UHGV virus genome: UHGV-0060191
Direction: 5' to 3' (one strand)
Length of the DNA: 37,923 nt
Origin: a virus
Part shown: positions 9,768 to 18,967 of the stretch, in pieces
How positions within the stretch are numbered: position 1 is the stretch's first letter
Layout: every line of letters begins with the position of its first letter
The notes under the pieces: generated by a model
What the model saw: the letters and a program-made list of their open reading frames with translations, nothing else
Told to the model about the DNA's origin: nothing
Database searches by the model: none
Position numbers and translations under genes: made by a program

Positions 9768-9845
9768 AGTATCACCCCCTTTCAGCCATTTTCTCCACTA
9801 AATGAGTGTGCTGAGGGAGTGTTGGTTTACCCTGTATAAATATTA

Positions 9846-10316
9846 CTATAAAAACAGGTTAGGAAATGTTTGTCTGTAATAGTTAATAGTACTCATATTC
9901 ACATCAAGGTTGTGTCTGATATTTATTGTTGCTGTTATACTTTCAGGGGTTATTTGTGCTTCAAATATTTCGAATAATCCTGCTGGATATTTTTCAGCTG
10001 CTTCTGTTTCGATATTGACTATGTATAAATCAAGCAATATATTTTCATTTGAATTTATTGTTTTTCTTATCTCGTTAGCTGCAAGATTTTGAATATTTGA
10101 TAAAACGAGCTGTGTCCCCTGTGTTTCCGTCTGAGAAGGCAGGATGATGTCAAAGGGATAAGGCTGGTATATTTTGCCGTCAAGCTCCAGTGTTTTGGTG
10201 TCGTTTATAAAACAAAACGACTCTTGAAACGCACTGTGTTTAAGTTCAATAAGCATTTTGAGAGCTCGTCCGAGATACCTCGAGTATGAGTTTTTATCCA
10301 GTTCAAAACGATTCAT
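9846..10316 (-). CDS. Minor tail protein (DUF1833 / gpL-like)
   Basis: LIELKHS, FINDTKTLELDGKIYQPYPFDIILP and C-terminal TFPNLF; lies between the Dit-like and NlpC genes. Confidence 0.75.
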   Translation of the reverse strand: MNRFELDKNSYSRYLGRALKMLIELKHSAFQESFCFINDTKTLELDGKIYQPYPFDIILPSQTETQGTQLVLSNIQNLAANEIRKTINSNENILLDLYIVNIETEAAEKYPAGLFEIFEAQITPESITATINIRHNLDVNMSTINYYRQTFPNLFL

Positions 10317-10747
10317 AACGACCGCCTTGCTTGTGTCGTAAGATATTTGCCGTTTGCTACAATAGGCAGCTGATAATTTGCAGCAAGCACTCTGTCTAAA
10401 TAGAAAACCTCGCTATCAAACATTAAGGTTACATTTGTATTCCAGTATCTTGAGTTAGGGTTCCATTTAGGCTTGCCAGTGATTCTTGCAATACGTTCCT
10501 CGCCTATTCTGCAATCCATGATTTTAAACGGTATTGAGCCTTGCTTTGTATCGTATTTATACCAACTCATAAAGTCGATATATTTCTGTCTTTCAAGCGT
10601 AAAAACACACTGCACAATATCCTGTATATCTGTAAAACGTTCACGTCTATACGGAATACCTGCATCAGGAGTGACCTCAATATATCCTTCCTGAAATTCG
10701 TTCTGGAAACCGTCAAGCTTTATCTTTCCCCATTTCCACTTTTCCAT
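10313..10747 (-). CDS. Distal tail protein (gpM/Dit-like)
   Basis: Directly after tape measure; PDAGIPYRRERFT and FMSWYKYDTKQGSIPF. Confidence 0.7.
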   Translation of the reverse strand: MEKWKWGKIKLDGFQNEFQEGYIEVTPDAGIPYRRERFTDIQDIVQCVFTLERQKYIDFMSWYKYDTKQGSIPFKIMDCRIGEERIARITGKPKWNPNSRYWNTNVTLMFDSEVFYLDRVLAANYQLPIVANGKYLTTQARRSL

Positions 10748-13700
10748 TATGAAGCTTGAACTCCTCTTGAATTGTTACGTTGTAATGCTGATGAAAACCC
10801 GCTTTGTGTACGTTCGTTTCTCAATGCATTGTTTACTTTCCTGATGAATATTTCAGTGTCCCCGTCAGGTCTTTGTACAGTTTCAACACTTGCTCCTGAT
10901 TGGTTATAAATAGTAATATTAGGCTGTTGAACCTGTGCTTCAACTCCCAGTCTGCCGTCAGGAGTTCTTCTCAACGGCATAATAGCCTCTGTGCCCGCTT
11001 CACCCATTAAACCCATTCTGTTACCCTTCATAGGGAAATAGGTAGGCTTGTCAACGATACCGCCGTCAGCAAAGGCAGTAACCCTGCTTGCAAGCATTCC
11101 TGCGCTGGCTAATATGTTGGCAGTACCAATAGCGGCACCCGTCGCTGTCGCTGCTACCGGGGCAAGAACTGCACCTGCTATCGGAACTAATGCAGCCGAA
11201 TATGCAGCTTGTGCAATGGCTGCTTGTGTTAATGAAGCTGCTAATTGTCCTGCTGCTGTTGCTGCACTTGCATAACCGCTCATTGCACTTGCTATAACTC
11301 CTGATGTACCGCTCATTGCAGTAAGAGCTGCTGTTTGAGATGTGCCAATACTGGCTATACTAGCAGCTGCTTGAGGTGCTTGAGCCAAGATGTTTTTAAG
11401 TTCGTCACTGACTGCGGATATCGGAGCAGCTGCACCTGTCATTGTTCCTTGATTACCGCCAAGGATATTTGACAAAAGTCCGCCGTTTTGTGCACCTTCC
11501 TGAAATAGTTTGCTCAATCCTGATGATATCATTTGCTGAGCAATGGCTTGAATGGTGTTTAAAGCAACATTCCCGAAACGCTCGAGCGCATTCTCGCCTT
11601 GTTGTAAGGGAGTGGTGATAGCCTGTGAGAGGCTTGAAGATATGGTGCTTGAAATGTTGCTCCATGATAAGCCTACTGAATTTTGCAAAGAAGCTTGTGC
11701 TTTGTTTATTTGGTTTTGGTACTGAATAGCAAGGTTTTTAAGCTGAATTGCTGCCCGTGAGTTGCCTTGACCTTGAATAGCCAAATCCAAATATTGAGAT
11801 TGGATTCGACTTAAAGCATTTTGCTTTGCCTGAAATGGGCTTGTGATAGCAGCGCTTTTGACTTCTTCCGCTTTGTTTTGCAGTTTTGTCAATTCTTCTT
11901 TTGCGAGGTTTAAATCGTCAAGATTGACAATTTTAGCAGCGGCAAGATTGTTGACTTTTTCTTGTGCCGTTTGGATTTCAGCGTTAAGAGCCTGAAAAGG
12001 AGGCAGTACGTTCAAGTCGGTAGCTTGCTTTACTTTATCAAGTGCATTTGTAAGTTTGTTAACTTTTTGAACTTGATTATCCCAGACTTTGCCGCTTGTA
12101 ATGCCCTGTGCTGCAAGGTCGTTCAGCATTTCTTTTGCTTTTGCGGCCGCTTCGTTTAACTGAGCATATGGGCCTTTAACTTTCTCCGACTTTTTGCTGT
12201 CGTCACTGCTACCGCCAAGATTGCTGGTACTGGCTCCGAGTGAGTAATTCGAGTTATTATTATTTAAATTTTTAAGCCGTTTTTCTACATCTTTTCTTGT
12301 TTCAATTAATTTACGTATTGATTTTGTTGATTCATCATAAGCATTTGCCTCGGCTTCATATCTTTGAATATTAATTTGTCTTTGACGGTGTTGAAAAAAA
12401 GGTCCAGACATTAAAATAGCGGTTTTTTGTCTTGCTTTATATAATAATTCTTCTTTCTGAATAGCTTTGTTTAATTCTTCTGTCATTACGCTAATAGCAG
12501 AAGTTCTCTCAATTTCCGCTCTTATTAAACCTGATGTGGTATCCGACAGTTGTCCGTTTAATTTTAATTCCTGAGTTATTTGTCCGATATATGTCGGATA
12601 TTTCGAAGAAAGTTCGGTTATTATGGCTTTTAACTTATTAGTTTCATTAATAGTTAATTTTTTACTATTAAGTAATTTTGAATATTCTTGTAATTGTGAT
12701 GCAATTTTATTGGTTTCATCACTGTATGCCATTGATACTTTAACTGATGCCGATGAAAAATAGTTCACAAAAGATTGTGTTGCAATAGTAGCTTGTGTTA
12801 GATTTTGGACTAATTTCTGTGTTGCAGGCGTTAATATACTTCCCGCTGTATTGCCTAAATCAAACATTGCAGTGTTAAGTCTGTTAAGATCAGCTCTTAA
12901 TTGTGTAGAAGCGTCCAATGCACTTCCACCTAGCTCTTCTTTAAGAGCACTAGCAAAAGCAGGCAAAAATTCAGAAGATAAAACCTTTCCCTCTGATACC
13001 ATATTATAAAACTCACGGGTAGTCATTCCCATGGATTTTGCTGCGATTTCAAATGCACCTGGTAGATGGTCGCCTAGCTGTTGACGAAGCTCTTCCATTG
13101 AAACAGTGCCTTTGCCTGCAATCTGCTCTAATGCTTTAAAAGTTAATTCAACATTCGTTGCCGGCAATTGCATAGATGTAGCGGCAGTTGAAATATCACT
13201 AAATATTTGTTTTGTTTGTCCAAGTGTTAAGCCGCTTCTTAAAGCAGCAGCTTCGAAGCCTGCGAAGCTGTCAGCGGTGCCCTTGAAAGATAGTCCTAAT
13301 CTGTCTGCTTCTTTTCTGATATATGATAAGCTATCAGCCCCTACTGATTTATTGCCTGCTGCTGCATTCATTCGGTTTTCGAGTGCCTGAAAATCCATTG
13401 ATGTATTAACAGCAGATTTGCCCAGTTCTGCAAGCCTTGTAGAAATATAACCTATGCTGAATCCTGCTACAACATTATTTAAATTCAAAATAGAGGAGCC
13501 TAGCTCTTTAAATCCAGTCGCTTTGTTTACAATATTGTTTGCACTGGACATTTGCATTTGTGCATTACGCACAGTCTGAGCAAGTTTTTGAAATTCAACG
13601 CTGTTTTGCTTTCCTTGCAAAGCTAAATTTCTTAGTCTGTCTGTAGCAGCTGTTGTAACAGAGTTCAGCTGGTTGTAACCAATACCGCTTTTTTGTGCAT

Positions 13701-13932
13701 TAGCAAGTTTTTGATAAGACAAAATATTTGCATTTATTGTGTTTTGTTGTTCCTTTAATTTTGTGCGAATTTTGTCATAAACAGGTAAAGATGAATTTGC
13801 CGTCCCCTCTACTCTTTGCAAAACACGTTCATATTTGTCCGTCATTTTGCCTAATTGGTCAAAATCTCGTGATACTTTTGCAGCGTTTGAATCTATGTTT
13901 ATTATTACTTTGCCGTCTTGGTTTGACATCAT
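10747..13932 (-). CDS. Tail tape measure protein
   Basis: 1061 aa, Ala/Gln-rich and helical; QIAGKGTVSMEELRQQLGDHLPGA tape-measure domain; C-terminal FADGG...GLMGEAGTEAIMPL. Confidence 0.95.
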   Translation of the reverse strand: MMSNQDGKVIINIDSNAAKVSRDFDQLGKMTDKYERVLQRVEGTANSSLPVYDKIRTKLKEQQNTINANILSYQKLANAQKSGIGYNQLNSVTTAATDRLRNLALQGKQNSVEFQKLAQTVRNAQMQMSSANNIVNKATGFKELGSSILNLNNVVAGFSIGYISTRLAELGKSAVNTSMDFQALENRMNAAAGNKSVGADSLSYIRKEADRLGLSFKGTADSFAGFEAAALRSGLTLGQTKQIFSDISTAATSMQLPATNVELTFKALEQIAGKGTVSMEELRQQLGDHLPGAFEIAAKSMGMTTREFYNMVSEGKVLSSEFLPAFASALKEELGGSALDASTQLRADLNRLNTAMFDLGNTAGSILTPATQKLVQNLTQATIATQSFVNYFSSASVKVSMAYSDETNKIASQLQEYSKLLNSKKLTINETNKLKAIITELSSKYPTYIGQITQELKLNGQLSDTTSGLIRAEIERTSAISVMTEELNKAIQKEELLYKARQKTAILMSGPFFQHRQRQINIQRYEAEANAYDESTKSIRKLIETRKDVEKRLKNLNNNNSNYSLGASTSNLGGSSDDSKKSEKVKGPYAQLNEAAAKAKEMLNDLAAQGITSGKVWDNQVQKVNKLTNALDKVKQATDLNVLPPFQALNAEIQTAQEKVNNLAAAKIVNLDDLNLAKEELTKLQNKAEEVKSAAITSPFQAKQNALSRIQSQYLDLAIQGQGNSRAAIQLKNLAIQYQNQINKAQASLQNSVGLSWSNISSTISSSLSQAITTPLQQGENALERFGNVALNTIQAIAQQMISSGLSKLFQEGAQNGGLLSNILGGNQGTMTGAAAPISAVSDELKNILAQAPQAAASIASIGTSQTAALTAMSGTSGVIASAMSGYASAATAAGQLAASLTQAAIAQAAYSAALVPIAGAVLAPVAATATGAAIGTANILASAGMLASRVTAFADGGIVDKPTYFPMKGNRMGLMGEAGTEAIMPLRRTPDGRLGVEAQVQQPNITIYNQSGASVETVQRPDGDTEIFIRKVNNALRNERTQSGFSSALQRNNSRGVQAS

Positions 13933-13975
13933 TACCTCTGTTTTGTAAAATTCATGTATTGTTGAAGGAGTAGTT

Positions 13976-14287
13976 ATGACTTATTGTAAAAACTGTGGTT
14001 GCCAAATTAATGAACCTGCAAAATTTTGTCAGGAATGTGGGAAACCTTTAGATAAAAAAATAAACAAATGGATTGCTATTGTACTTCTTTTATTGTTTGG
14101 TTATTTAGGTTTGCATAAATTTTATTTAGGCTCAAACAAAACAGGCTTTTTGTTTTTAACTGGTGGGATTATTGCAATATTTGTTTATTTATTAAACTTA
14201 CCACCTTTAACATTGATTCCTTCATTAATTTTGGGGTGTGCATTACTTGTTGATTTGGTACTGCTTCTTATAAAAGAAAGGATTTAA
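13976..14287 (+). CDS. Zinc-ribbon + TM2-domain membrane protein (possible superinfection exclusion)
   Basis: YCKNCG...FCQECG and LFGYLGLHKFYLG TM2 motif; GGAG RBS; opposite strand to the tail operon. Confidence 0.85.
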   Translation: MTYCKNCGCQINEPAKFCQECGKPLDKKINKWIAIVLLLLFGYLGLHKFYLGSNKTGFLFLTGGIIAIFVYLLNLPPLTLIPSLILGCALLVDLVLLLIKERI

Positions 14288-14290
14288 GAC

Positions 14291-14812
14291 ATGTTTAATT
14301 TTATTAGACAATTTTTGAAAAGAACAATAAATGGAAGTGCTAAAAAAAAGATTATTGACAAACAACCTAATGTATTAAACCTTATAAACAAAATACAAAA
14401 TGATTATCTACACAAATCAGAGAAAACAAAAACTTTGATTAATAATAATAGCTTTGAAAATATACAAATAGAAAAACTACAAGAATTAAATACTAAAGAT
14501 GCAATTGTAATTAATTCATACTATTTTTATTTAATAGGAATATTTAGAGATTTATATGAATTTAGAAACAATAGAATAGCACTAGAGAAACTTATATTTA
14601 TTAATGAAATTCTATATAATAATTTAGATTTTTTTAAACAATCTTTACAAGAATTTGAATATATTCAGAACAAAGCATATAACGATGTCTTAAATCAGAA
14701 TAAAACTATTGATTTAATAAAAAAAGAAGCAAATGATTCCTTTAACAAAATAAAATTTGATCACATTTTGAACAATAGAGAAAAATTAAAATATTTAGAA
14801 AAGACTCTATAA
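14291..14812 (+). CDS. Hypothetical accessory protein
   Basis: 173-aa very AT-rich ORF starting 3 nt after the TM2 gene. Confidence 0.7.
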   Translation: MFNFIRQFLKRTINGSAKKKIIDKQPNVLNLINKIQNDYLHKSEKTKTLINNNSFENIQIEKLQELNTKDAIVINSYYFYLIGIFRDLYEFRNNRIALEKLIFINEILYNNLDFFKQSLQEFEYIQNKAYNDVLNQNKTIDLIKKEANDSFNKIKFDHILNNREKLKYLEKTL

Positions 14813-14879
14813 CATACACTTCCGCAGCATTAGAGTCTATGTTTATTATTGCCCTGCTGATTTATGCAGGTTTAACACC

Positions 14880-14908
14880 TTGACATCTGTAACCAAGTTG
14901 GTTACAAT
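14880..14908 (+). promoter_or_regulatory. higBA promoter with palindromic operator
   Basis: TTGACA-17-TACAAT overlapped by the perfect inverted repeat TGTAACCAA-G-TTGGTTACA (14888-14906). Confidence 0.85.
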
Positions 14909-14914
14909 GATAAT

Positions 14915-15193
14915 ATGATTAAATCCTTCAAACATAAAGGTTTAGAAAAGTTTTATCTTACAGGTTCAAAAAGCGGTATTCAAGAAAAACACGCTCAACG
15001 ATTAAGAGTTATATTAAACAGACTTAACCTTATGACAGATATTAAAGATATTGATTTGCCGAATCTGAATCTACATAAATTAAAAGGCGATTTAAAAGAC
15101 CACTGGTCATTAAAAGTAAATGGCAACTGGCGCATAACCTTTAAGTTTGAGGATGAAGATGTTTATATAGTTGATTATCAAGATTATCATTAA
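14915..15193 (+). CDS. higB: HigB (RelE-family) toxin
   Basis: MIKSFKHKGLEKFY...LHKLKGD...WSLKVNGNWRITF...VDYQDYH. Confidence 0.95.
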   Translation: MIKSFKHKGLEKFYLTGSKSGIQEKHAQRLRVILNRLNLMTDIKDIDLPNLNLHKLKGDLKDHWSLKVNGNWRITFKFEDEDVYIVDYQDYH

Positions 15194-15205
15194 AGAGGTA
15201 TAAAA

Positions 15206-15487
15206 ATGGAAATGTTCAATCCGCCGCATCCAGGCGAAACAATCAAAGAATTATATATGAATGATTACAATTTAACGATTGCCAAACTTGCTTTAATGCT
15301 TGGTATCAGTAGAAAACATTTATCTAATATCGTTAATTGTAAAGTGCCTATTTCAACAGAAGTAGCGTTAAAGCTTGCAAAGTGCTTTAAAACTTCTCCT
15401 GAAATATGGTTGAGAGAACAGCTTGCTTATGATTTATGGAATGCGAAACAAACGGTTAAACTTGATGATGTTCAAGAAGCTTTTTAA
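15206..15487 (+). CDS. higA: HigA HTH antitoxin
   Basis: NPPHPGE...HTH...SPEIWLREQLAYDLW, downstream of higB. Confidence 0.95.
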   Translation: MEMFNPPHPGETIKELYMNDYNLTIAKLALMLGISRKHLSNIVNCKVPISTEVALKLAKCFKTSPEIWLREQLAYDLWNAKQTVKLDDVQEAF

Positions 15488-15498
15488 CATTTGATTAA

Positions 15499-15780
15499 CT
15501 ATAGCACTCTGTTCTCTGCAAAATCAACCTCAATCAAGTATCTTATTCCGACTGCTTTCTCATAAGGAAGAGAGGCTATTTTGAGCAGCCCTGCCCTGTG
15601 CCATCTCCATAGCTCTAAAATATCGTAAAAATCACTGTCCAGATTAGCCCAAAGGTCTTTTTTCTTGCCAATGGCTGTAGGTCTTTTGACATCACCGAGG
15701 AAGATGAGCTTGTCATCTCCCCAGGCTGTCGTGTTAAAATCCCCTGTTTTGTATATCTCCCAGGCTATTTTTACTTTTTT
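15499..15780 (-). CDS. Tail assembly chaperone frameshift extension (gpT-like)
   Basis: The -1 frame entered from the slippery site at 15774-15780 reads KVKIAWEIYKTGD...; no convincing start of its own. Confidence 0.75.
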   Translation of the reverse strand, partial: KKVKIAWEIYKTGDFNTTAWGDDKLIFLGDVKRPTAIGKKKDLWANLDSDFYDILELWRWHRAGLLKIASLPYEKAVGIRYLIEVDFAENRVL

Positions 15781-16118
15781 TCGGTCTTTTCTGCCTTTTC
15801 TTTTATTCCGTAAATAGCGGATAAAAGTGCTGCACAGCAATCGCTATGGATAGCTGTAATCACATTGCTTGCACCAAGACCGATAAATTCAGCATAAGAG
15901 CTATATTCCAGTGTTTTGCCTTCTTTTTTCAAGGTCGGCTTGTTTTCAAAGCGTAAAAAACATCTTGAGGCAACTCTTGCAAAATCATTATACACTTGAT
16001 AGTCTATAATATCTGCTGCATTTGGTGTCCTGAAAACGAACTTCGGCGGATTTTCCTCATCTTTAAATTGACTCGGAATTACCACAATTTCCTCAAGATT
16101 CTGCAATTCAATTTCCAT
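15771..16118 (-). CDS. Tail assembly chaperone (gpG-like)
   Basis: Follows the major tail gene and ends in a slippery heptamer. Confidence 0.8.
   Translation of the reverse strand: MEIELQNLEEIVVIPSQFKDEENPPKFVFRTPNAADIIDYQVYNDFARVASRCFLRFENKPTLKKEGKTLEYSSYAEFIGLGASNVITAIHSDCCAALLSAIYGIKEKAEKTEKK
15774..15780 (-). other. Programmed -1 frameshift site A AAA AAG
   Basis: GAA AAA AAG TAA at the end of the gpG-like ORF, with the -1 frame open. Confidence 0.85.
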
Positions 16119-16121
16119 TTA

Positions 16122-16784
16122 TTATGCTCCTGCTGTTTCGATTTCTTTTAAGATACACGGAATCAAGTCATCATCAGGTGTATTTCTGAAATTAGCTGTG
16201 TAAGTCTGTGCATCATCTACACCGGCGCCTATGTTAAAAGAGGTAATAGTTGCAGGTGTAAAATAAGACATTATTTCACTACCTTTTTTATTTAACACAA
16301 GTCGTAAAATTAAGTTTTCTCCGTCAATTTCAGAAACCTCAACAGTATCACCTGTTTGCGCAACAATCGGAATGAATTTATTCATCAGGTACTCAGATAC
16401 ATTTAGGGTAGTAACACCTTCCAGCGACCCTGTTGCCTCTGTAAAGCCTGCTAAATATGTTCTTTGGTCGTCACAAAGAGTTGTAACATCAATCTCATCT
16501 GCTGAATACTCTACAGAAAAGCTTTGTATATCACATTTTTTCGTTAAACTAAGCGGTACAACCTCGTCACCTGTTTTTACTGTAATTGCAGCAGCACCTT
16601 TAATAACATAGCCTGGTACTATACCCTCAGGCAAGCCTGAACCTGTAGCAGCTACTTTAGAAACAATATAATAAGTGCCGGCAGTGAGTGCTGTACCTTC
16701 TTCTGTGCCTTCAAGTGGTGTACCTTTTGTAATTGCGTAAACCTCTCCGTCACGCCCTTTTAATCTTTTTCTTTCGTTTGCCAT
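16122..16784 (-). CDS. Major tail (tube) protein
   Basis: IQSFSVEYSADEIDVTTLCDDQRTYLAG tube motif; strong RBS. Confidence 0.88.
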   Translation of the reverse strand: MANERKRLKGRDGEVYAITKGTPLEGTEEGTALTAGTYYIVSKVAATGSGLPEGIVPGYVIKGAAAITVKTGDEVVPLSLTKKCDIQSFSVEYSADEIDVTTLCDDQRTYLAGFTEATGSLEGVTTLNVSEYLMNKFIPIVAQTGDTVEVSEIDGENLILRLVLNKKGSEIMSYFTPATITSFNIGAGVDDAQTYTANFRNTPDDDLIPCILKEIETAGA

Positions 16785-16802
16785 TAGTTTAATCTCCTTT
16801 GA

Positions 16803-17192
16803 TTACTTGTAATAATTTATTTCAAACGCTATTACGCTTGAATAAAGCCCGATAGAAGGCTCTATAAAACTTCTGCTTGAGTTTAACTTCACAAGACCTA
16901 TTTTGTACCCTCCCAAACTCGGTAAGTCCATCACAAACTTAAATAACTCCTGATTGATAAAATCTGCTGAACTTTGAGAGGAAGTATAGATATTCCACTG
17001 CGTAAAACTCATTCCATCCGAAAAATTATTGTCGTTGCACAAAACCTGTTGTGTTCCGTCCATCAGCAAACTATGCTGGATAATATAAGGCTGCTTTGTC
17101 TTTGGCTCAATTTCACCGTAACCAAATTTAAAATTGAAGTTTTTGACCTTAAAATTATTCTTAATGTATTCAAATAAAAGCTGTTCAAACAT
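16803..17192 (-). CDS. Tail terminator/completion protein
   Basis: Size and position between the HK97 gp10-like gene and the tube gene; QPYII and QWNIY. Confidence 0.65.
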   Translation of the reverse strand: MFEQLLFEYIKNNFKVKNFNFKFGYGEIEPKTKQPYIIQHSLLMDGTQQVLCNDNNFSDGMSFTQWNIYTSSQSSADFINQELFKFVMDLPSLGGYKIGLVKLNSSRSFIEPSIGLYSSVIAFEINYYK

Positions 17193-17598
17193 TCTTTTTT
17201 AACTCTTTTTTGAAATGTCTTGTGAACGTTCCACCGATTTCTTTTTGTACCTTTAACGCTGCATTACGCATGACAGGATTAGGCTTTCTTTCTGGTATTT
17301 TTACACTTTTGGCAAAAACATCTTTGCCGTCAACTTTAAAGTGCAAGACTTTAGCATTTTTAGCCTCAATTGTATGAGCTTTGACTCCAAACTCTATTGA
17401 GGCTGAATAATCAGCATTTGCAATAACTTGATTTTTACCGTCAAACTTTATATTGTTTCTGTAATACCCACTATCAACAGGTGCATTTTGCTTTGCTGTT
17501 CCTTCTATTTCAAATCCTGCCTCTTCTATAGCCTTTTCCGTTGCATTTTTTAATGCAAGACTGAAATCAGGCATTTCAAATTTAACTTTGCTTGCCAT
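17185..17598 (-). CDS. HK97 gp10-like neck protein
   Basis: AKQNAPVDSGYYRNNI, YSASIEFG and PNPVMRNA. Confidence 0.85.
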   Translation of the reverse strand: MASKVKFEMPDFSLALKNATEKAIEEAGFEIEGTAKQNAPVDSGYYRNNIKFDGKNQVIANADYSASIEFGVKAHTIEAKNAKVLHFKVDGKDVFAKSVKIPERKPNPVMRNAALKVQKEIGGTFTRHFKKELKKNV

Positions 17599-17761
17599 TT
17601 TCCTTAAACTCTTGGTTGTAATAGTCTTGTGTAACTAAAATCTGATACGGAGTACCTTCACAGCTTGATTCACTGTGTATCTCTTCACGGGTTAAAAATG
17701 TTTTCCCAAAAAGCTTCCAGTTTTTGATATTTGTATATGTTGTGTTTTGTGTTGATGACAT
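17582..17761 (-). CDS. 59-aa hypothetical protein (MSSTQNTTYTNIKNWKLFGKTFL...)
   Basis: Below the ORF-track cutoff; fills the gap exactly and is TAATG-coupled to the upstream gene. Confidence 0.7.
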   Translation of the reverse strand: MSSTQNTTYTNIKNWKLFGKTFLTREEIHSESSCEGTPYQILVTQDYYNQEFKENGKQS

Positions 17762-18102
17762 TACAATCCTTCTTGTGCATAAACAAGGTTATACTCTGCG
17801 TGCTGACCTCGTTTAGGTTCAATTCCTGTTATTCCATCGGGTTTAACAGGTGCACCTGCAATTTTATATTGAACTCCTTTGAGCTCTACAATATCTGTTT
17901 CTTCGAACTTAACGGAAATATCGCAAAACAAAAGAGCATCAACGTTTGTTGTGTCCTTGCCGTTGTTGTAAACTTTTGAACCTGTCGATGGTTGAATTAG
18001 TCCTTTGAAAGTTCCTTTTGTTTTCCACCCTCCGGGTTGTCCAAAATATGGCGGTGTTTCTTCAAGTATGTTTATTGTTTTGTATCTTACCTTTAAGCTC
18101 AT
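17761..18102 (-). CDS. Head closure protein (SPP1 gp16-like)
   Basis: FGQPGGWKTKGTFKGLIQP and DIVELKGVQYKI; start placed at MSLKV. Confidence 0.7.
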   Translation of the reverse strand: MSLKVRYKTINILEETPPYFGQPGGWKTKGTFKGLIQPSTGSKVYNNGKDTTNVDALLFCDISVKFEETDIVELKGVQYKIAGAPVKPDGITGIEPKRGQHAEYNLVYAQEGL

Positions 18103-18256
18103 TGGCACTTTTGCTCCATTGTTGAATATTATTTTCAAGCCTATCAATATCACTATAAATAGTTGCACTACAGGCAAAATTAGGATTTTTATTAATCAGC
18201 TCTAATGCAATTTTGCCTAATAAGTATATAGTTTCATCTGTTATATTTTTATTCAT
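18062..18256 (-). CDS. Small hypothetical protein
   Basis: Starts immediately after the adaptor stop codon. Confidence 0.55.
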   Translation of the reverse strand: MNKNITDETIYLLGKIALELINKNPNFACSATIYSDIDRLENNIQQWSKSANELKGKIQNNKHT

Positions 18257-18967
18257 TTACAAAAACCTGACTTTTTTAAAACCTTCAATCCCTAAAACAA
18301 TCTCAGCAGGATAAGCCATTGAACCGATTAAATAATCTGCCTTTGTATAACTGTAAGAACCTATATTTTCACTCTTCAAATCATCAGGTACACCACGATT
18401 GAACACATCATAAGAAATCATTTGCGAAATTATCTTTTCAATACTTTGCGGCAAACCTGATACAAAGATGTACGCTTTTTCCGTACAACTTACCAGTGAA
18501 GCATTATCAACAGTTATTGTTTCACCGTCAACGACCGTGACATAACTAAAGAAGCGGTTACGTCCGCCTACAACATGAATTAAATCACCTGTAGCAACAT
18601 TTGTAACCGGTGAAATTTTATCACCGTTAAATGTCAATGAACCGCCGCTAAATACATAATTGAAGTAATCCAAGCTGTATGGAAAGCAATCACAGAATAT
18701 AGAGCCGTTATAGTTCGGATTTTTTATATAAAAACTATTATTCAGATACGCACAAACGCTCTCAATGGTTGAATAAATAGCATTTTGGATTAAAAAATCT
18801 TCTCTTGCTTCAATCCTTTTCGCTTCGCCTTCTGTAACCTCGTAAGAATAGCCTTTTGTATATTGTGTTGATGTTTCAGCACAAAGCCATGTACCGTTTT
18901 CTTGAGGCATTTCCGCCTGGATAAAATCGTATTCGTTATTTAGTTTTACTGAAAATAAATCTATCAT
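18257..18967 (-). CDS. Head-tail adaptor (SPP1 gp15-like) with inserted domain
   Basis: VCAYLNNSF and LKSENIGSYSYTK motifs; coupled to the TerL stop. Confidence 0.75.
   Translation of the reverse strand: MIDLFSVKLNNEYDFIQAEMPQENGTWLCAETSTQYTKGYSYEVTEGEAKRIEAREDFLIQNAIYSTIESVCAYLNNSFYIKNPNYNGSIFCDCFPYSLDYFNYVFSGGSLTFNGDKISPVTNVATGDLIHVVGGRNRFFSYVTVVDGETITVDNASLVSCTEKAYIFVSGLPQSIEKIISQMISYDVFNRGVPDDLKSENIGSYSYTKADYLIGSMAYPAEIVLGIEGFKKVRFL

Noticed and set aside
14802..14838. AGACTCTA/TAGAGTCT inverted repeat after the 173-aa gene
   Set aside because: 8-bp stem with a long loop and no promoter support; too weak to call
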